Positions 39,901 to 49,569 of a stretch of DNA of 64,000 bases are shown piece after piece. A model generated the notes under the pieces. That model was not told the DNA's origin. It saw only the letters and a list, made by a program, of their open reading frames with translations, and did not search any database. The DNA comes from Thecamonas trahens ATCC 50062 (lineage: Eukaryota; Protista; Apusomonadida): assembly GCF_000142905.1 (NCBI RefSeq), contig NW_013657627.1:162204-226203 (forward strand). Reading direction: 5' to 3'. Position numbers and translations under genes: made by a program. The first letter of the stretch is position 1. Each line of letters opens with the position of its first letter.

Positions 39901-42745
39901 GGAGGGTGTCAAGGCTGCGTGCGTGCAGAACTTGGAGGGCCACACGGGAGCGGTCCGTGCGGTTGTGGTGACGAGGTCGGGGACGACGGCCGTGTCGGGA
40001 TCTGAGGACATGACGGTCCGGGTGTGGGATCTTGTATCCGGAATGCAGGTCCATTGCCTGAGAGGGCACAGCTACTATGTTCTCTGTCTCGCACTCTCGA
40101 CGGACGAGACGGTGGTATACTCGGGCTCGGGCGACCACACAGTCATGGCATGGTCGCTCATGTCTGGTGCGGCGCTGGCGGTCTTTCGCGGGCACACCGA
40201 CCGGATCCAAGCGGTGGCAGCACTATGGCTGAGTGGCTCTCAGGCGATGGTCTCGGGCGGCAATGACAGCGCGTTGAGAGTGTGGGAGACAGGCAGCGAG
40301 AGTAGCGTCGCGATCTTGCCTGCCGCACACGACGGATGGATCCGAGCTGTGGCTGTATCGGGAAGAGTTGTGTACTCTGGCGGGGTGGACAAGGTTATTC
40401 GCGAGTGGCGTGTGGTTGAAGTGCCGGCTGTGGCGCTGGAGGCCTGCGGCAGGTTTGTTGGGCATAGCAAGACGGTCATTGCGCTCGCGGTTTCGACTGA
40501 CGGGTCGAGGCTAGTGTCTTCGAGCGACGACAAGACGGCGCGAGTGTGGGCGACGGCAGACCAGACGTGCGTGGCGGTGCTTGCTGGCCATTCGCAGGTT
40601 GTGCGGACGATCGCGCTCGCGGGCGACGACACGCTTGTGGTGACCGGCTCCAACGACCGAACGCTGCGCGTGTGGGAGGCTAGCAGCGGAGTCTGTGTCC
40701 GCGAGCTTGCGGGACACGAGGGGTGGGTCCGAGCTGTTGCGGGCGTACCTGGCTCTGTGCGGTTTGTGGTGTCGGGCGGAGCCGACGCGCGGATCAAGGT
40801 GTGGGACCTGGAGCGCGACGGCGAGGCGCCTGTGGCGCTTGCTCGTGAACGGGTTTGGATCTATGCTGTAGCGGTGCTGGCGGTAGACGGCGGCGACAAC
40901 CTGGTGGCGTGTGGCGGTACCGACTGCCTGGTACGGGTTTGGAGTGTGGGCGGGGCGTGCATCCGGGTACTTGCTGGCCACTCTGGATGGGTGCGGGCGC
41001 TGGCGTGGCTCGGCTCGGGTGAGCTGCTGTTCTCGGGCTCAAACGACGCGACGATCCGAGTATGGGAGGTGGCAAGCGGCGCATGTTTGATGAGTCTCAA
41101 CAGGCATGAGAAAGACGTGCGGTCGCTGTTTGTCTCGGGCCGCCTGCTTGTGTCTGGCGGAAACGATCGGCGAGTGGCGGTCCATGCAGTGTCTGTGTCG
41201 CAGCGCGAGCGCGAGGCTGCAGCCTCGCTGGTCGGCGATGCAGTTGTCCACGAGAACGTGGTGCGGGCGGTGGCACACTCTCCAGCGGCTTGCGTGGTGC
41301 TTTCTGGCTCGGAGGATACGAACCTGCTTGCGCTTCGTGAGGATCTGTCTGGCGAGGTTGCGCGAATGGCACACGGCGGGTTTGTCATGGCGCTCGACGT
41401 AAGCGGCGACGGATGGCAAGTTTTGTCGGGATGCTCAGATGGAAGCGTGTACGTGTGGAATCTACGCGCTGAGGCGCTTGGGACGCTTGTGGGCAAGTAC
41501 GCGGGAGCTCACAATGACTGGGTCACCGGAGTGCGATGGAGCGTTGGACGGGACGGGAGCAAGGCGGCGGTGGCGGTGGGCCTGGACGGGACGCTGAGTG
41601 TGTGGCGCGGCGCACGGACGGGCGGACTCGAGCTTGTGGGCGTGCTGGGCAATGGGAGCGCAGCGCGGTCTGTGGATGTGGGATCGGGGGATGGGCGCGC
41701 ATATGCTGGATATGCGGACGGGTCGCTTGTAGTGTGGGAGTGGGATGCGCGGCGCGAGGTGCACGCGCTGTTTGGGCGCGACGAGGAGGGCATGCCGATC
41801 CGGCTTGCGCCAGACGGAGCGACACTGGTATGCGGCCTGCCATCGGGCGAAGAAGTTGTGGGGCGAGCCGGGACTGGACGGTGGACGGTGGAGCGCCGGG
41901 CATCGGGCGCGGACGGGCCAGTGACAGCGGTTGCGTTCTCCAGCGACTCGCGGTGGTGCGCCACGGGATCGACCGATGGTGTCGTCCGGGTCTGGCCTGT
42001 GTCTGGCCTAGCGGAGGCATACGTGCTTGCGGCGCACTCGGGATGGGTGACGGACGTTGCGTTTGGGCGCGGGAGTGGTGCTGGGCGCGAGCGGCTGATC
42101 TCGTGCTCGCGCGACGGAGTCGCTGCGGTGTGGGAGGTTGGGCAAGCCGAGGCGGTGTGGCGGCTGGTGGGGCATGGATGTTGGGTCCGCGGCGGCGTGC
42201 TACTCGAGGATGGCGAGAGCGCGGTGACGTGGTCGGACGACGGAACGCTGCGGGTGTGGGCCGGGGCTGCCTCCTTGGCGACGCTGTCGAGCGGGAGCGG
42301 CGGAGTGGTGGCATGCGCTGTCGGGAACGACGGGACGGTTGCCGTGTCCGGGAGTGTGACCGGCGAGGTGCGTGTGTGGCGGGCAAGTCGAGGCAGCGCT
42401 CTGCGGAGCTGGACGTCGACGGTGGTGGTCCCGCGCGGGCCGCGGGTAGAGGTGATCTCGCTCTATGGGCGGCTCGCGCTGGTTGACCACGGCCGAGTGT
42501 GGATTGACTTGGAGAGCTGCGGACTTGCGAGCGCTGACGACGTGGCCGAGGGGCAGATGGTGGTGAGCGTGGCCGAGGGCGGGACTGGCGTGCTGCTGCA
42601 CGGCGGCGGGGGGCGGGCGGTGGGCGCGTTTGACTTTGACCACGCGGTGGTCGGAGTGGCGGCGATGGGAGTGGTGGTCGGGGTTGTGTGCGAGGGCGGG
42701 CGAGTGTATGTGTTGCAGACTCCCAGCGCAGGGCGGTGTGGTTGA
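36980..42745 (+). CDS. TKL kinase + NB-ARC (Apaf-1-like STAND) + helical domain + WD40 repeats
   Basis: Kinase: LGAGAFGQV, IAAKK, HPNCLQLLG, HADVKPLN, DFGLS, YMAPE. NB-ARC: IYGSFGAGKS, FPDGIHWIHLG, LVVLDGV, LMLTTS, RLPLAV. APAF1-like helical YFGSLVHHL..LLVSFEWV. Many GH...SGS.D.T.RVW repeats from ~39930. Confidence 0.88.
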   Translation: MDGMGMGMETHSSLPHMQTSRRGKRVRQRRGGGRTQNDSGSSTGSWSRSGTETEGADEADGARGTGSDSAASYPYSETSSARGGGGAPASAGAGAGAGAGAGAGARLTDGDNTLTSDGSSLMAMTVTDSSTYTLTEPLSISALVSPMAISAASRSGPNESGPMFASSAAGAAGIGAEITASSSFVLDSPAGTPLAGLNEIPATEFELTSLLGAGAFGQVWAGSWGGTDIAAKKLSLPAGAKASVASPFVLARTLLAESRILAQISHPNCLQLLGVCLDDECVCMVTELMHGGDLHTALFKSSDRVISLADALFIVTEIAQGLEYLHRKGVVHADVKPLNILLDRNMRVVKVADFGLSRLVHLARPAGVQGTISYMAPELLDGNATPQPESDVFAFGVLTWEVFARTRAFVGVDRRTNWYAPLRPITDAVALPVELAAKLEDLLSACTAADPSVRPTMASVTAALKACGELVTIGHVFPSVPSMPAIHVKRMDEMQTATAVLMNPDTRALVIYGSFGAGKSVLACDVVRQAEVRRAFPDGIHWIHLGAHPAIEALQLSLLHELGVTRVAAVASVPEGRAKLAAAFGASASLRKLVVLDGVHHLRHVAAFDVLNADSRLMLTTSVRALWPAPGVASYTLSPYTTAGALELLAAAARCETSDLPQPLATELVDAAARLPLAVVMIGSVVRRRQAAADAWAEVAASFVSSTASALSSELSLLYSSVALSVAAVGPLRHRFHDLVVFARLGQRVPRRPLLALWSRLAEPFNEADLGFVVHTLADHSLVELEPQTGTIALPELQTAYLEAHVSGMAAARAHDTLLAAYAGMSSAAELAATDAGLPWWHFAPEEPSAERSFYFGSLVHHLVRSTRGHERVVALLVSFEWVVAQIEANSLTALLLDLQVGVDATAGKEACKSLEALAIALAHSAPALRSEAFGRTVAEQVYSRLVGVSDPLLAPLVAAARAASQVELVAGELEGVKAACVQNLEGHTGAVRAVVVTRSGTTAVSGSEDMTVRVWDLVSGMQVHCLRGHSYYVLCLALSTDETVVYSGSGDHTVMAWSLMSGAALAVFRGHTDRIQAVAALWLSGSQAMVSGGNDSALRVWETGSESSVAILPAAHDGWIRAVAVSGRVVYSGGVDKVIREWRVVEVPAVALEACGRFVGHSKTVIALAVSTDGSRLVSSSDDKTARVWATADQTCVAVLAGHSQVVRTIALAGDDTLVVTGSNDRTLRVWEASSGVCVRELAGHEGWVRAVAGVPGSVRFVVSGGADARIKVWDLERDGEAPVALARERVWIYAVAVLAVDGGDNLVACGGTDCLVRVWSVGGACIRVLAGHSGWVRALAWLGSGELLFSGSNDATIRVWEVASGACLMSLNRHEKDVRSLFVSGRLLVSGGNDRRVAVHAVSVSQREREAAASLVGDAVVHENVVRAVAHSPAACVVLSGSEDTNLLALREDLSGEVARMAHGGFVMALDVSGDGWQVLSGCSDGSVYVWNLRAEALGTLVGKYAGAHNDWVTGVRWSVGRDGSKAAVAVGLDGTLSVWRGARTGGLELVGVLGNGSAARSVDVGSGDGRAYAGYADGSLVVWEWDARREVHALFGRDEEGMPIRLAPDGATLVCGLPSGEEVVGRAGTGRWTVERRASGADGPVTAVAFSSDSRWCATGSTDGVVRVWPVSGLAEAYVLAAHSGWVTDVAFGRGSGAGRERLISCSRDGVAAVWEVGQAEAVWRLVGHGCWVRGGVLLEDGESAVTWSDDGTLRVWAGAASLATLSSGSGGVVACAVGNDGTVAVSGSVTGEVRVWRASRGSALRSWTSTVVVPRGPRVEVISLYGRLALVDHGRVWIDLESCGLASADDVAEGQMVVSVAEGGTGVLLHGGGGRAVGAFDFDHAVVGVAAMGVVVGVVCEGGRVYVLQTPSAGRCG

Positions 42746-42797
42746 TGGCTCTACGAGCACGGATTGAACGATGTGTTATGGGTCGGGGAGGGTGGCG

Positions 42798-44458
42798 CTA
42801 CGACGAGGACGAGGCGGCAGGAGCATCGACGGATGCGGACTCGAGCTCCGGGTGACGGCGGCAGCGGTAGAGGAGGATGTAGCCGACGTGCCAGTCGCCG
42901 CCGCCGGAGAGCTTGAGGATCTCGTCGGGCGAGACTTCAGTGACAACGTCGTCATCAAACTTCATCCAGCGGTCACCAGCGTCACGGACCCAGCCGACGT
43001 AGTGGCCGGCGTCGGCGGAGCGGCCCTGGTGAGTGACGACGCCGCAGAGCTCGTACATGCCAGTCTTGTTGGGGAGGTCGGGCATGTTGTCGATGTCAAG
43101 CGGGGCGTAGGGGAATGAGGCCGCGGCATCGGCCGAGGTGGACGGGGTGAGGGAGGAGGGTGCGGCGACGTCCATGGGCGCGGGCTCGTCGTCGGCAGGA
43201 GCAGCCTCTGCGTCGTCTTTGTCCTTTGCGGCGGAGCCAGCGCGGGCGTCGAGGGCGGCCTCTGTGGCGGCCTCCTGGGCAGCGAGGATGACCTCGCGGT
43301 TGACGCGGAGCTTGGCCTGGAGGTCGGGCGAGCACATGTCAAAGACGTCGAGCTCCATGGGGAACTTGACGGAACGGAGGATCTTGGCCTTGACCTGGTC
43401 GTTGGCCTTCCAGAAGAAGCGGACCATGGAGACGGTGAGGTATGCGGGGAGCTTTGAGATGGCGGCGCTCTTGAGGTAGAGGGCTGAGCGGCCGAGCGAC
43501 GACGAGCTCTTCTCGATCTCCTCGGACATACCGGCCTTGAGGCCTTCGACGAGGTAGTTTGTGTCTGCGGTGATGTTGCAGGTGAGCTTGCCAAAGGTGG
43601 AGGTGCGGACCGAGGGCGGCTCGTCGGCAGCCTCGAGGCACTGCATGGTCTCTGTCAGCTCGCCCATGAAGAGCTTGTCCATGGCGTTGCGCGGGAGCTG
43701 GGTGGAGAGCATGGAGAGGAGCGTGGTCCAGCACTCCTCGGCGTCCTGCTGCTTGAAGCCACCGTTCTGGGCGCGCTCTGCAAACTGCGGCAGCAGCTGG
43801 CGGAACATCATGACAAAGGAGAGCGGGACGACCTTGTCCGTCGACGCGCTGACCTCCTCCCAAAGGCCGCGGATAGCAGCGGTGAGCATAGCCGGGGGCG
43901 ACTGCTCCTGCGGAGCGTACTTTGCCAGAGCGGCAGCCAGCTCGGGCACGCCTCGAAAGCACTGGAGGGTAGCATTGAGATAGCAGGTGTTGCCCAGGTT
44001 CTGCAAGCCCGGCGGGTTGACGACGGCCAAGCGAGCCTGATCCTCGACGGACAAGTCCTCGACAAAGACGACCTTCTCTGTCGGCGGCGGCGGCATCTCC
44101 TCAGCACTTCCAATGAGCATGACCTTCTTGCCCTCCTTGAGGCCGAGCTCCTCCCACTTTGCATTGTCCTTGACATTGCCGCCCTTCAAGCCCATGATCT
44201 TCTGCTTCTCCACAGGCACTCCAGTCAGGCTGTACAGCTGCGCCTTGAATGCCGTCACAGGCTCGCTCGTCTGCACCTCCACGTCGAACATCTGCTTGCC
44301 CCACTTGACCTTGACTGTCTCCCCGGAGGCATGTAAGGCGACCTGTGTGAGTGTGTGCAGGGGGAGGGGGGGGAGGGGGGGGGGGGGGGGGGGGGGGTAT
44401 GGGCATGGTATGAGGGGGATGGTGTAGGTGATGGCGTACGGTTGTAGGTCGACTGCAT
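42798..44458 (-). CDS. USP14: Ubiquitin carboxyl-terminal hydrolase 14 / UBP6; exons 44440..44458 and 42798..44314
   Basis: Spliced MQSTYNL KVKWGKQ Ubl domain; GLQNLGNTCY, QQDAEEC, THQGRSADAGHY, LSGGGDWH. Confidence 0.95.
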
Positions 44459-44629
44459 GGTGGGTGGGTTGGGGGAGGTGAGGTGGTGGTGGTTGTCGTC
44501 GTGGCCGTGGTCGTCGTGGCTGTCGTCGTGGCTGTGGTCGTGGCTGTGGTCGTGGTCGTGTTGGGTCGTCCTGCGGCTTTTGGCGCTTTTCGGTCGGTTT
44601 GGGTTGCTTTTGGGGGAATCAATGGAAGA

Positions 44630-44793
44630 ATGATGGTGATGATGATCATCGTATCGAGGGGTATGATTGTGTGGGATGATGTGATCGTGGGGATGATGGG
44701 GCGGGTGGCGGGCGGGCGGGCGGGCGGGGGGATGGAGGATGATGGTGATGATGATCATCGTATCGAGGGGTATGATTGCGTGGGATGTTGTGA
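44630..44793. repeat. 55-bp direct repeat, two copies (44630..44684 and 44739..44793), 2 mismatches
   Basis: ATGATGGTGATGATGATCATCGTATCGAGGGGTATGATTG(T/C)GTGGGATG(A/T)TGTGA. Confidence 0.9.
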
Positions 44794-45165
44794 ATGCGTG
44801 CATGTGCGTGTACATGTTCATCATCCGCCCCTTGTCATAACGACAGTCTGTCTTCTAGTCTCCGTCGAATCTGGGGCTGCACTCCACACCGTCCGCGCCC
44901 GCCGCACCTCCGGATCAGCGCCGTACGGCATCGCCCATGCTCCCAGGTCGGGCATTCTTCAGGCGGGCGTCTACGTGTCGGCCGCCATCACGTGCGGGCG
45001 CGCCTCCCACCTCAAGCCGCAGACCAAGCAGGCGTCGCGCAGCGTCGGCCAGGTGACCTGGAAGTCAAGCATCATCGTGTTGTTCACTTTGAGACGGGCG
45101 ACAACGCGTCCGAATGACCGTATCGTTAAGGGTTAAGCAGACCCAACACCTCTTTGCAAGCAAAA

Positions 45166-45441
45166 ATGTCGTCGTCGAACCAGATGAAGGTCACCCTTAC
45201 CAAGGGCATGGATGGTGAGTTTATGGGCAAGGCCGGCACGCCGCTGTCGTTCCTGATGCAGAAGCTCGGCGTCTCGGGCTCGCTCGAGTTTGAGCGGGTC
45301 ATGCCCGACGGCTCCATGCGCTCGGTCAAGGGCTACACCGGGGTCTTCCCGTCCTCCGTCCACCACATCAACACCAAGGCCGAGGACGGCACCACCACCC
45401 TGCTCGCTATCCTCAACGCCGAAGCCGTGGACGAGGCGTAG
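45166..45441 (+). CDS. Small hypothetical protein (91 aa)
   Basis: CAAAAATG start context, strong C/G third-position bias, non-low-complexity sequence; no family recognised. Confidence 0.65.
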   Translation: MSSSNQMKVTLTKGMDGEFMGKAGTPLSFLMQKLGVSGSLEFERVMPDGSMRSVKGYTGVFPSSVHHINTKAEDGTTTLLAILNAEAVDEA

Positions 45442-45556
45442 CTGGCTTGCCATGACGGCCTGGGCTTGAGGCCAGCTGGGTGGAGCGGGAGCAAATGCCG
45501 CGGAGAAAATAAATTTCCGAAACCCGCACGTGGGTTGTGTCACCCACAGCAGCCTC

Positions 45557-48500
45557 TCACGAGGCGAGGATCTTCTCGATGGCGGCATCGATGGCGTCCA
45601 TGTTGATGGCGGCGGGTTCGTTGAGCGGCGGCGGCGGTAGGTCCTGTGTTGTCTTGGTTGGCGAGACTGACGGCGAGGGACGCCGCCGCGACGGCGAGGC
45701 TGACGACGGCGAGGAGCGTGCAAGGAGCGCGCTCCCGACCTTGGTCGGCGAGATGAGCTCGACCATGAGCTCGTAGGCCTGTTCCATCCGTAGCGGTGTG
45801 TGCGCCCGCACCAGATCGTCGCCACGCAAATTGCGCCGCCGGGCAGAGCGGGCCTGGAACGTGCCGGGCGTGGTCCGGCGAGGCGTCTTCCATCGCCCGC
45901 CAACGTTCCGGGGCGCCATCGGCGGAGTTCGCCAGTCCGGGAGCGGTGGCGCTAGCCGCGCTATGTCGGCCTCCATTTGGCCGGATGCTAGCGACATCGA
46001 CCGTGTGCCGGACCCGCGCCGCCGCTGCTCTGCGATCGATCTGCGAGCTGGTGGCGCCTCGGCCGACGCTTGAGCCGCCGGCACCACCCGCCGCAGTGCT
46101 CGCGACTTTGAACGCGGCGAGGCCGCAGCCGCCGGCGAGTGAGGCGGATGGACCGGGCGCGCTGGGCCGCCGGCGGCGACTTCAGCTTCAAGCACCGCGA
46201 TCCGCTGCTGGAGCTGGGCGACACCGCGTGGCGTCGCCACGGCAACAACCGGCGCTTCCGGCGCCGTTGCGGTCGTCCCGACCCGGGCCTCGAGCTTGGC
46301 GATGGTCGCTGTGAGGCTGGTAACTTGAGCCTGAAGACTGGCGAGCTCCGGCGACGGTGATGAACGAGTAGGAGCTGTCGCAGCAGGAGCGACCGAAGAG
46401 GCCGCCGTTGACGCGTCCGAATCGGATACCGAGCGCGTCGAGGGCATGGCGGCGACGGGCTCACTGTCGGCGAGGGCCGAAGACGACTCCGACGCCGATG
46501 CCGATGCCGACGCCGACGATGGCGAGGGTGAGGGAGCGTGAGATGGAGAAGCAGGATGGGTCGAGGAGGATGACGACGAGGAGTGATCGGCGTGGGCAAC
46601 ACGGGCACTGGCGGCCACTTTGAGCTCAGCATCGGCAAGGGCAAGCTTGTCACGGACGGCGGCAAGCGCAATCTCAAGCTCGCCAACCTGGGCCTCAAGC
46701 TCGGCGGTGCGGTCCTCGACTGCAGTGCGGGCGACCTTGGCGGCGGCAAGCTCGAGTTGGAGGTCGTGCTCGCGGGATGCGGCGGCGGCGGCGGCGGCGG
46801 CAGCAGCAGCGGCGTCACTGGCAGCAGCGGCAGTAGCGGCCGCCAAGTCGGCGCGGAGCTTCTCGGCGACTATGTCGTTAGCGGCAGCCACCTGCTCAGC
46901 GCGGGCGGCAGCACGAGCCTCAGCGACGTTTTCGGCGTCAACGCGGGCGGCGGCAAGTGAGTCCTGGACGGTAGCAAGCTCGCGCTCGAGATCGGCGCAG
47001 CGGGCGTTCGCGGCAGCGAGCAGATCGGCTGTGCCGGCCTGGTCGTCTTCGGCCATCTCGGCGCGGGCGGTGGCAGCGGCGGCGGCAGCCTGGGCGTCGG
47101 CGCAGGTCTTGCGCTCGGCAGCGAGCTTGCTGTCGAGCGCGGCGAGCTTTTTGCGGTGAACCGCGTCGCGCTGCTTCAGCAGCGAGGTCTTAGACGAGAG
47201 CTTGGCGCGCAAGACTTCGACCTGATCGGCCAAATCTGCAGCGTCGCGCTCAGCGGCATCTCGGGCCTTTGCTGCGGCAGCAGCTTTGGCGCTAGCGTCA
47301 CTGGCGGCGACGACCTGGGCTTCGAGCTCAGCGACGCGAGCCTGGAGCTCGGCCTTGGCGGCAGCGAGCTCTGCATTGGATCGCGCAAGCTGTTCGGCCT
47401 TTGCGCTGGCCACGGCAGCTTTGGCGGCCTCGTCAACACGGACAACAGACTCCTGCTCGGCGAGCGGCGACGAGGCGGTGCTGATGGTGCGGACGTCGAC
47501 GCGGGCAGGACTGGGGGCGTGCGACGACGAGTCAATGGCCGGATCGGGCTCAGGCGAGTCGTTGCGGACTGGCTGCGGTGGGACTTCCGCCTCGCTTTGC
47601 GACGCGAGCGGCGAGATCCAGGTTGTGGCCTTGGCCACGTGGTCAACATAGAACGGGCGGCCGTCATCGTGAGTCTTGCGCGACCAATGCTGCGGCAGCG
47701 GGCGGCCGTCGACGTCCAGATGCGAGTCGGCCGGCGGAGCGGGGTCGGAGACTGGCGCCGGGTTCGGGCATTGGCTCTCTTGCGAGGCGCGGGAAAGCGC
47801 CTTGACAAACTTGCGGCCGGAGCGGAGCGAGTGGGCGAGATCGAGCGCGGTGCGGCCGGCGGCGTCGCGTTCCAAACGGGCACCTGCGTCGATGAGAGCC
47901 TTGACGACGGCGAGCTGCGAGGCGGCGACAGCGACGTGCAGCGGGGTGACGGCGTCTGCCGCGATACCAGCGCGCTGCTCGACCGCGCCACCGCGAGCGA
48001 GCAGCAGTGTGACGGTGCGGACGTTTCCCTGCGCGGTGGCAAGATGTAGCAGCGTCCATGCGTCGGAGATGGGCGGCTCGCGGCTCTTCCAGCGGTTCGC
48101 CAGTTGGGCGGCGAGCGAGGGGCCGAGCTCGCGACCGGCCAGAGGAGCGATCCAGGAGAGCGGCGCAAGGGCATCGACAACGGCCATGTCTTTGCCGGCC
48201 AAAATGGCCAGCGCGAGCTCTCTGACCGCGTCATCACTCTCGAGCGGGGCGATGGCCAGCGGTGGCGGCAGGTGGCTCTTGAGCTCGGCAACAACCTTTT
48301 TGCGCTTGGCGGCAACAGCGACGTCGAGTGGCATGGCGCCGTTGGCGTCACGGGTGCCGAGCAGCGCCTCGGCGATGCCGCGGTCGACAGCGATGCGAAC
48401 CAGGGTCCGCAGCGGCTTTGGATCCTTAACGGTGGCGGCGAGGTGCAGCGGGGTGGCACCATCGCTCGGCCGGCTCGCCGCAATGTCAGCGCCACGGGCG

Positions 48501-49033
48501 ACCAGTAGCTGAATGATGTCCGCGGCCTTGGAGCCAGCGGTGACCGCCAGATGCAGCGGAGTGGTGCCGATCTGGAGCATGCCGGCGGCCAGGTCGCAGC
48601 CCTCCATGGCGGCCAGCATCTCCTTGACCTTTCCAATCTTCCCCTTCCGCACCACCTCGCCAAACACAGCCCTCTTCAGCCGTAACGACGGATCTTCGTC
48701 TGCGTCCGCCGGCCACGGGTCTCTGTTCTCCTCGCTGTCCTCGGCGCCCTCAGGCTCTGTCGTCCGAACACTGTCGGCAGTCTCATCATGACCGGCATGC
48801 GGCAGAGGCCGTGTTGATCCGTCCTCGCCACGGACGCTGGCACCAGCACCGGCACCAGTACCGGCCGCGACATCGACATCGGCATTGGCATCGGCATCGG
48901 CATCGTCTGCTGTGGGCGATGGTGTCGGCTGTGGCGGGCGTGGCTCTCCCGGCGCTGCTGTGGAGGCGGATGACTGGGATGCGGGCGGGGCGGGGGCTAG
49001 TGACTGCTTCCTGCGGCGGTTGAAGAGGCCCAT
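45557..49033 (-). CDS. Ankyrin-repeat + WW domain + long coiled-coil protein
   Basis: TPLHLA ankyrin repeats in two clusters; WW domain LPQHWSRKTHDDGRPFYVDHVAKATTWISP; Ala/Glu-rich coiled coil. Confidence 0.85.
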   Translation of the reverse strand: MGLFNRRRKQSLAPAPPASQSSASTAAPGEPRPPQPTPSPTADDADADANADVDVAAGTGAGAGASVRGEDGSTRPLPHAGHDETADSVRTTEPEGAEDSEENRDPWPADADEDPSLRLKRAVFGEVVRKGKIGKVKEMLAAMEGCDLAAGMLQIGTTPLHLAVTAGSKAADIIQLLVARGADIAASRPSDGATPLHLAATVKDPKPLRTLVRIAVDRGIAEALLGTRDANGAMPLDVAVAAKRKKVVAELKSHLPPPLAIAPLESDDAVRELALAILAGKDMAVVDALAPLSWIAPLAGRELGPSLAAQLANRWKSREPPISDAWTLLHLATAQGNVRTVTLLLARGGAVEQRAGIAADAVTPLHVAVAASQLAVVKALIDAGARLERDAAGRTALDLAHSLRSGRKFVKALSRASQESQCPNPAPVSDPAPPADSHLDVDGRPLPQHWSRKTHDDGRPFYVDHVAKATTWISPLASQSEAEVPPQPVRNDSPEPDPAIDSSSHAPSPARVDVRTISTASSPLAEQESVVRVDEAAKAAVASAKAEQLARSNAELAAAKAELQARVAELEAQVVAASDASAKAAAAAKARDAAERDAADLADQVEVLRAKLSSKTSLLKQRDAVHRKKLAALDSKLAAERKTCADAQAAAAAATARAEMAEDDQAGTADLLAAANARCADLERELATVQDSLAAARVDAENVAEARAAARAEQVAAANDIVAEKLRADLAAATAAAASDAAAAAAAAAAAASREHDLQLELAAAKVARTAVEDRTAELEAQVGELEIALAAVRDKLALADAELKVAASARVAHADHSSSSSSSTHPASPSHAPSPSPSSASASASASESSSALADSEPVAAMPSTRSVSDSDASTAASSVAPAATAPTRSSPSPELASLQAQVTSLTATIAKLEARVGTTATAPEAPVVAVATPRGVAQLQQRIAVLEAEVAAGGPARPVHPPHSPAAAASPRSKSRALRRVVPAAQASAEAPPARRSIAEQRRRGSGTRSMSLASGQMEADIARLAPPLPDWRTPPMAPRNVGGRWKTPRRTTPGTFQARSARRRNLRGDDLVRAHTPLRMEQAYELMVELISPTKVGSALLARSSPSSASPSRRRPSPSVSPTKTTQDLPPPPLNEPAAINMDAIDAAIEKILAS

Positions 49034-49129
49034 ACAGATGAGGTTGGGGGCGGAGGTCGGCGGCGTGGCGTGAGGTGTGGCTGTGGCTGTGTGGGAGTTC
49101 CTGCCAACGGGCGGAGTGCTGACTGGCTG

Positions 49130-49562
49130 TTAATCGTTGGTGGCATGGAGACTAATCGTTGGTGAAGGGGATTAATCGTTGGTGAAGGGGATTAATCGTT
49201 GGTGAAGGGGATTAATCGTTGGTGAAGGGGATTAATCGTTGGTGAAGGGGATTAATCGTTGGTGAAGGGGGTTAATCGTTGGTGAAGGGGGCTAATCGTT
49301 GGTGAAGGGGATTAATCGTTGGTGAAGGGGGCTAATCGTTGGTGAAGGGGGCTAATCGTTGGTGAAGGGGGCTAATCGTTGGTGAAGGGGGCTAATCGTT
49401 GGTGAAGGGGATTAATCGTTGGTGAAGGGGGTTAATCGTTGGTGAAGGGGGCTAATCGTTGGTGAAGGGGATTAATCGTTGGTGAAGGGGGCTAATCGTT
49501 GGTGAAGGGGATTAATCGTTGGTGAAGGGGATTAATCGTTGGTGAAGGGGATTAATCGTTGG
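49130..49562. repeat. 20-bp minisatellite (A/G)(T/C)TAATCGTTGGTGAAGGGG, 20 full copies plus partials
   Basis: Units start at 49151 and every 20 bp to 49531; a partial unit follows at 49551. No spacers. Confidence 0.97.
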
Positions 49563-49569
49563 GATTAAC

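Noticed and set aside
44578-44586. E2F-like TTTTGGCG motifs in several intergenic regions (also near 10276 and 63404)
   Set aside because: Too short to separate from chance without an enrichment test.
44630-44793. Tandem C/D-box snoRNAs
   Set aside because: ATGATGA arises from a GAT microsatellite and no CTGA D box ends the units.
44840-45136. Coding-looking stretch (SAPYGIAHAP..AGVYVSAAIT)
   Set aside because: No credible start or splice model and no recognisable homology.
45557-49033. WW protein as a Salvador/Yorkie partner of the Hippo kinase
   Set aside because: Single WW domain plus ankyrin repeats, no recognisable SARAH or TEAD-binding motif, and about 40 kb from the kinase.
49130-49562. 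Possible CRISPR array
   Set aside because: Units abut with no unique spacers, there are no cas genes, and the context is eukaryotic.
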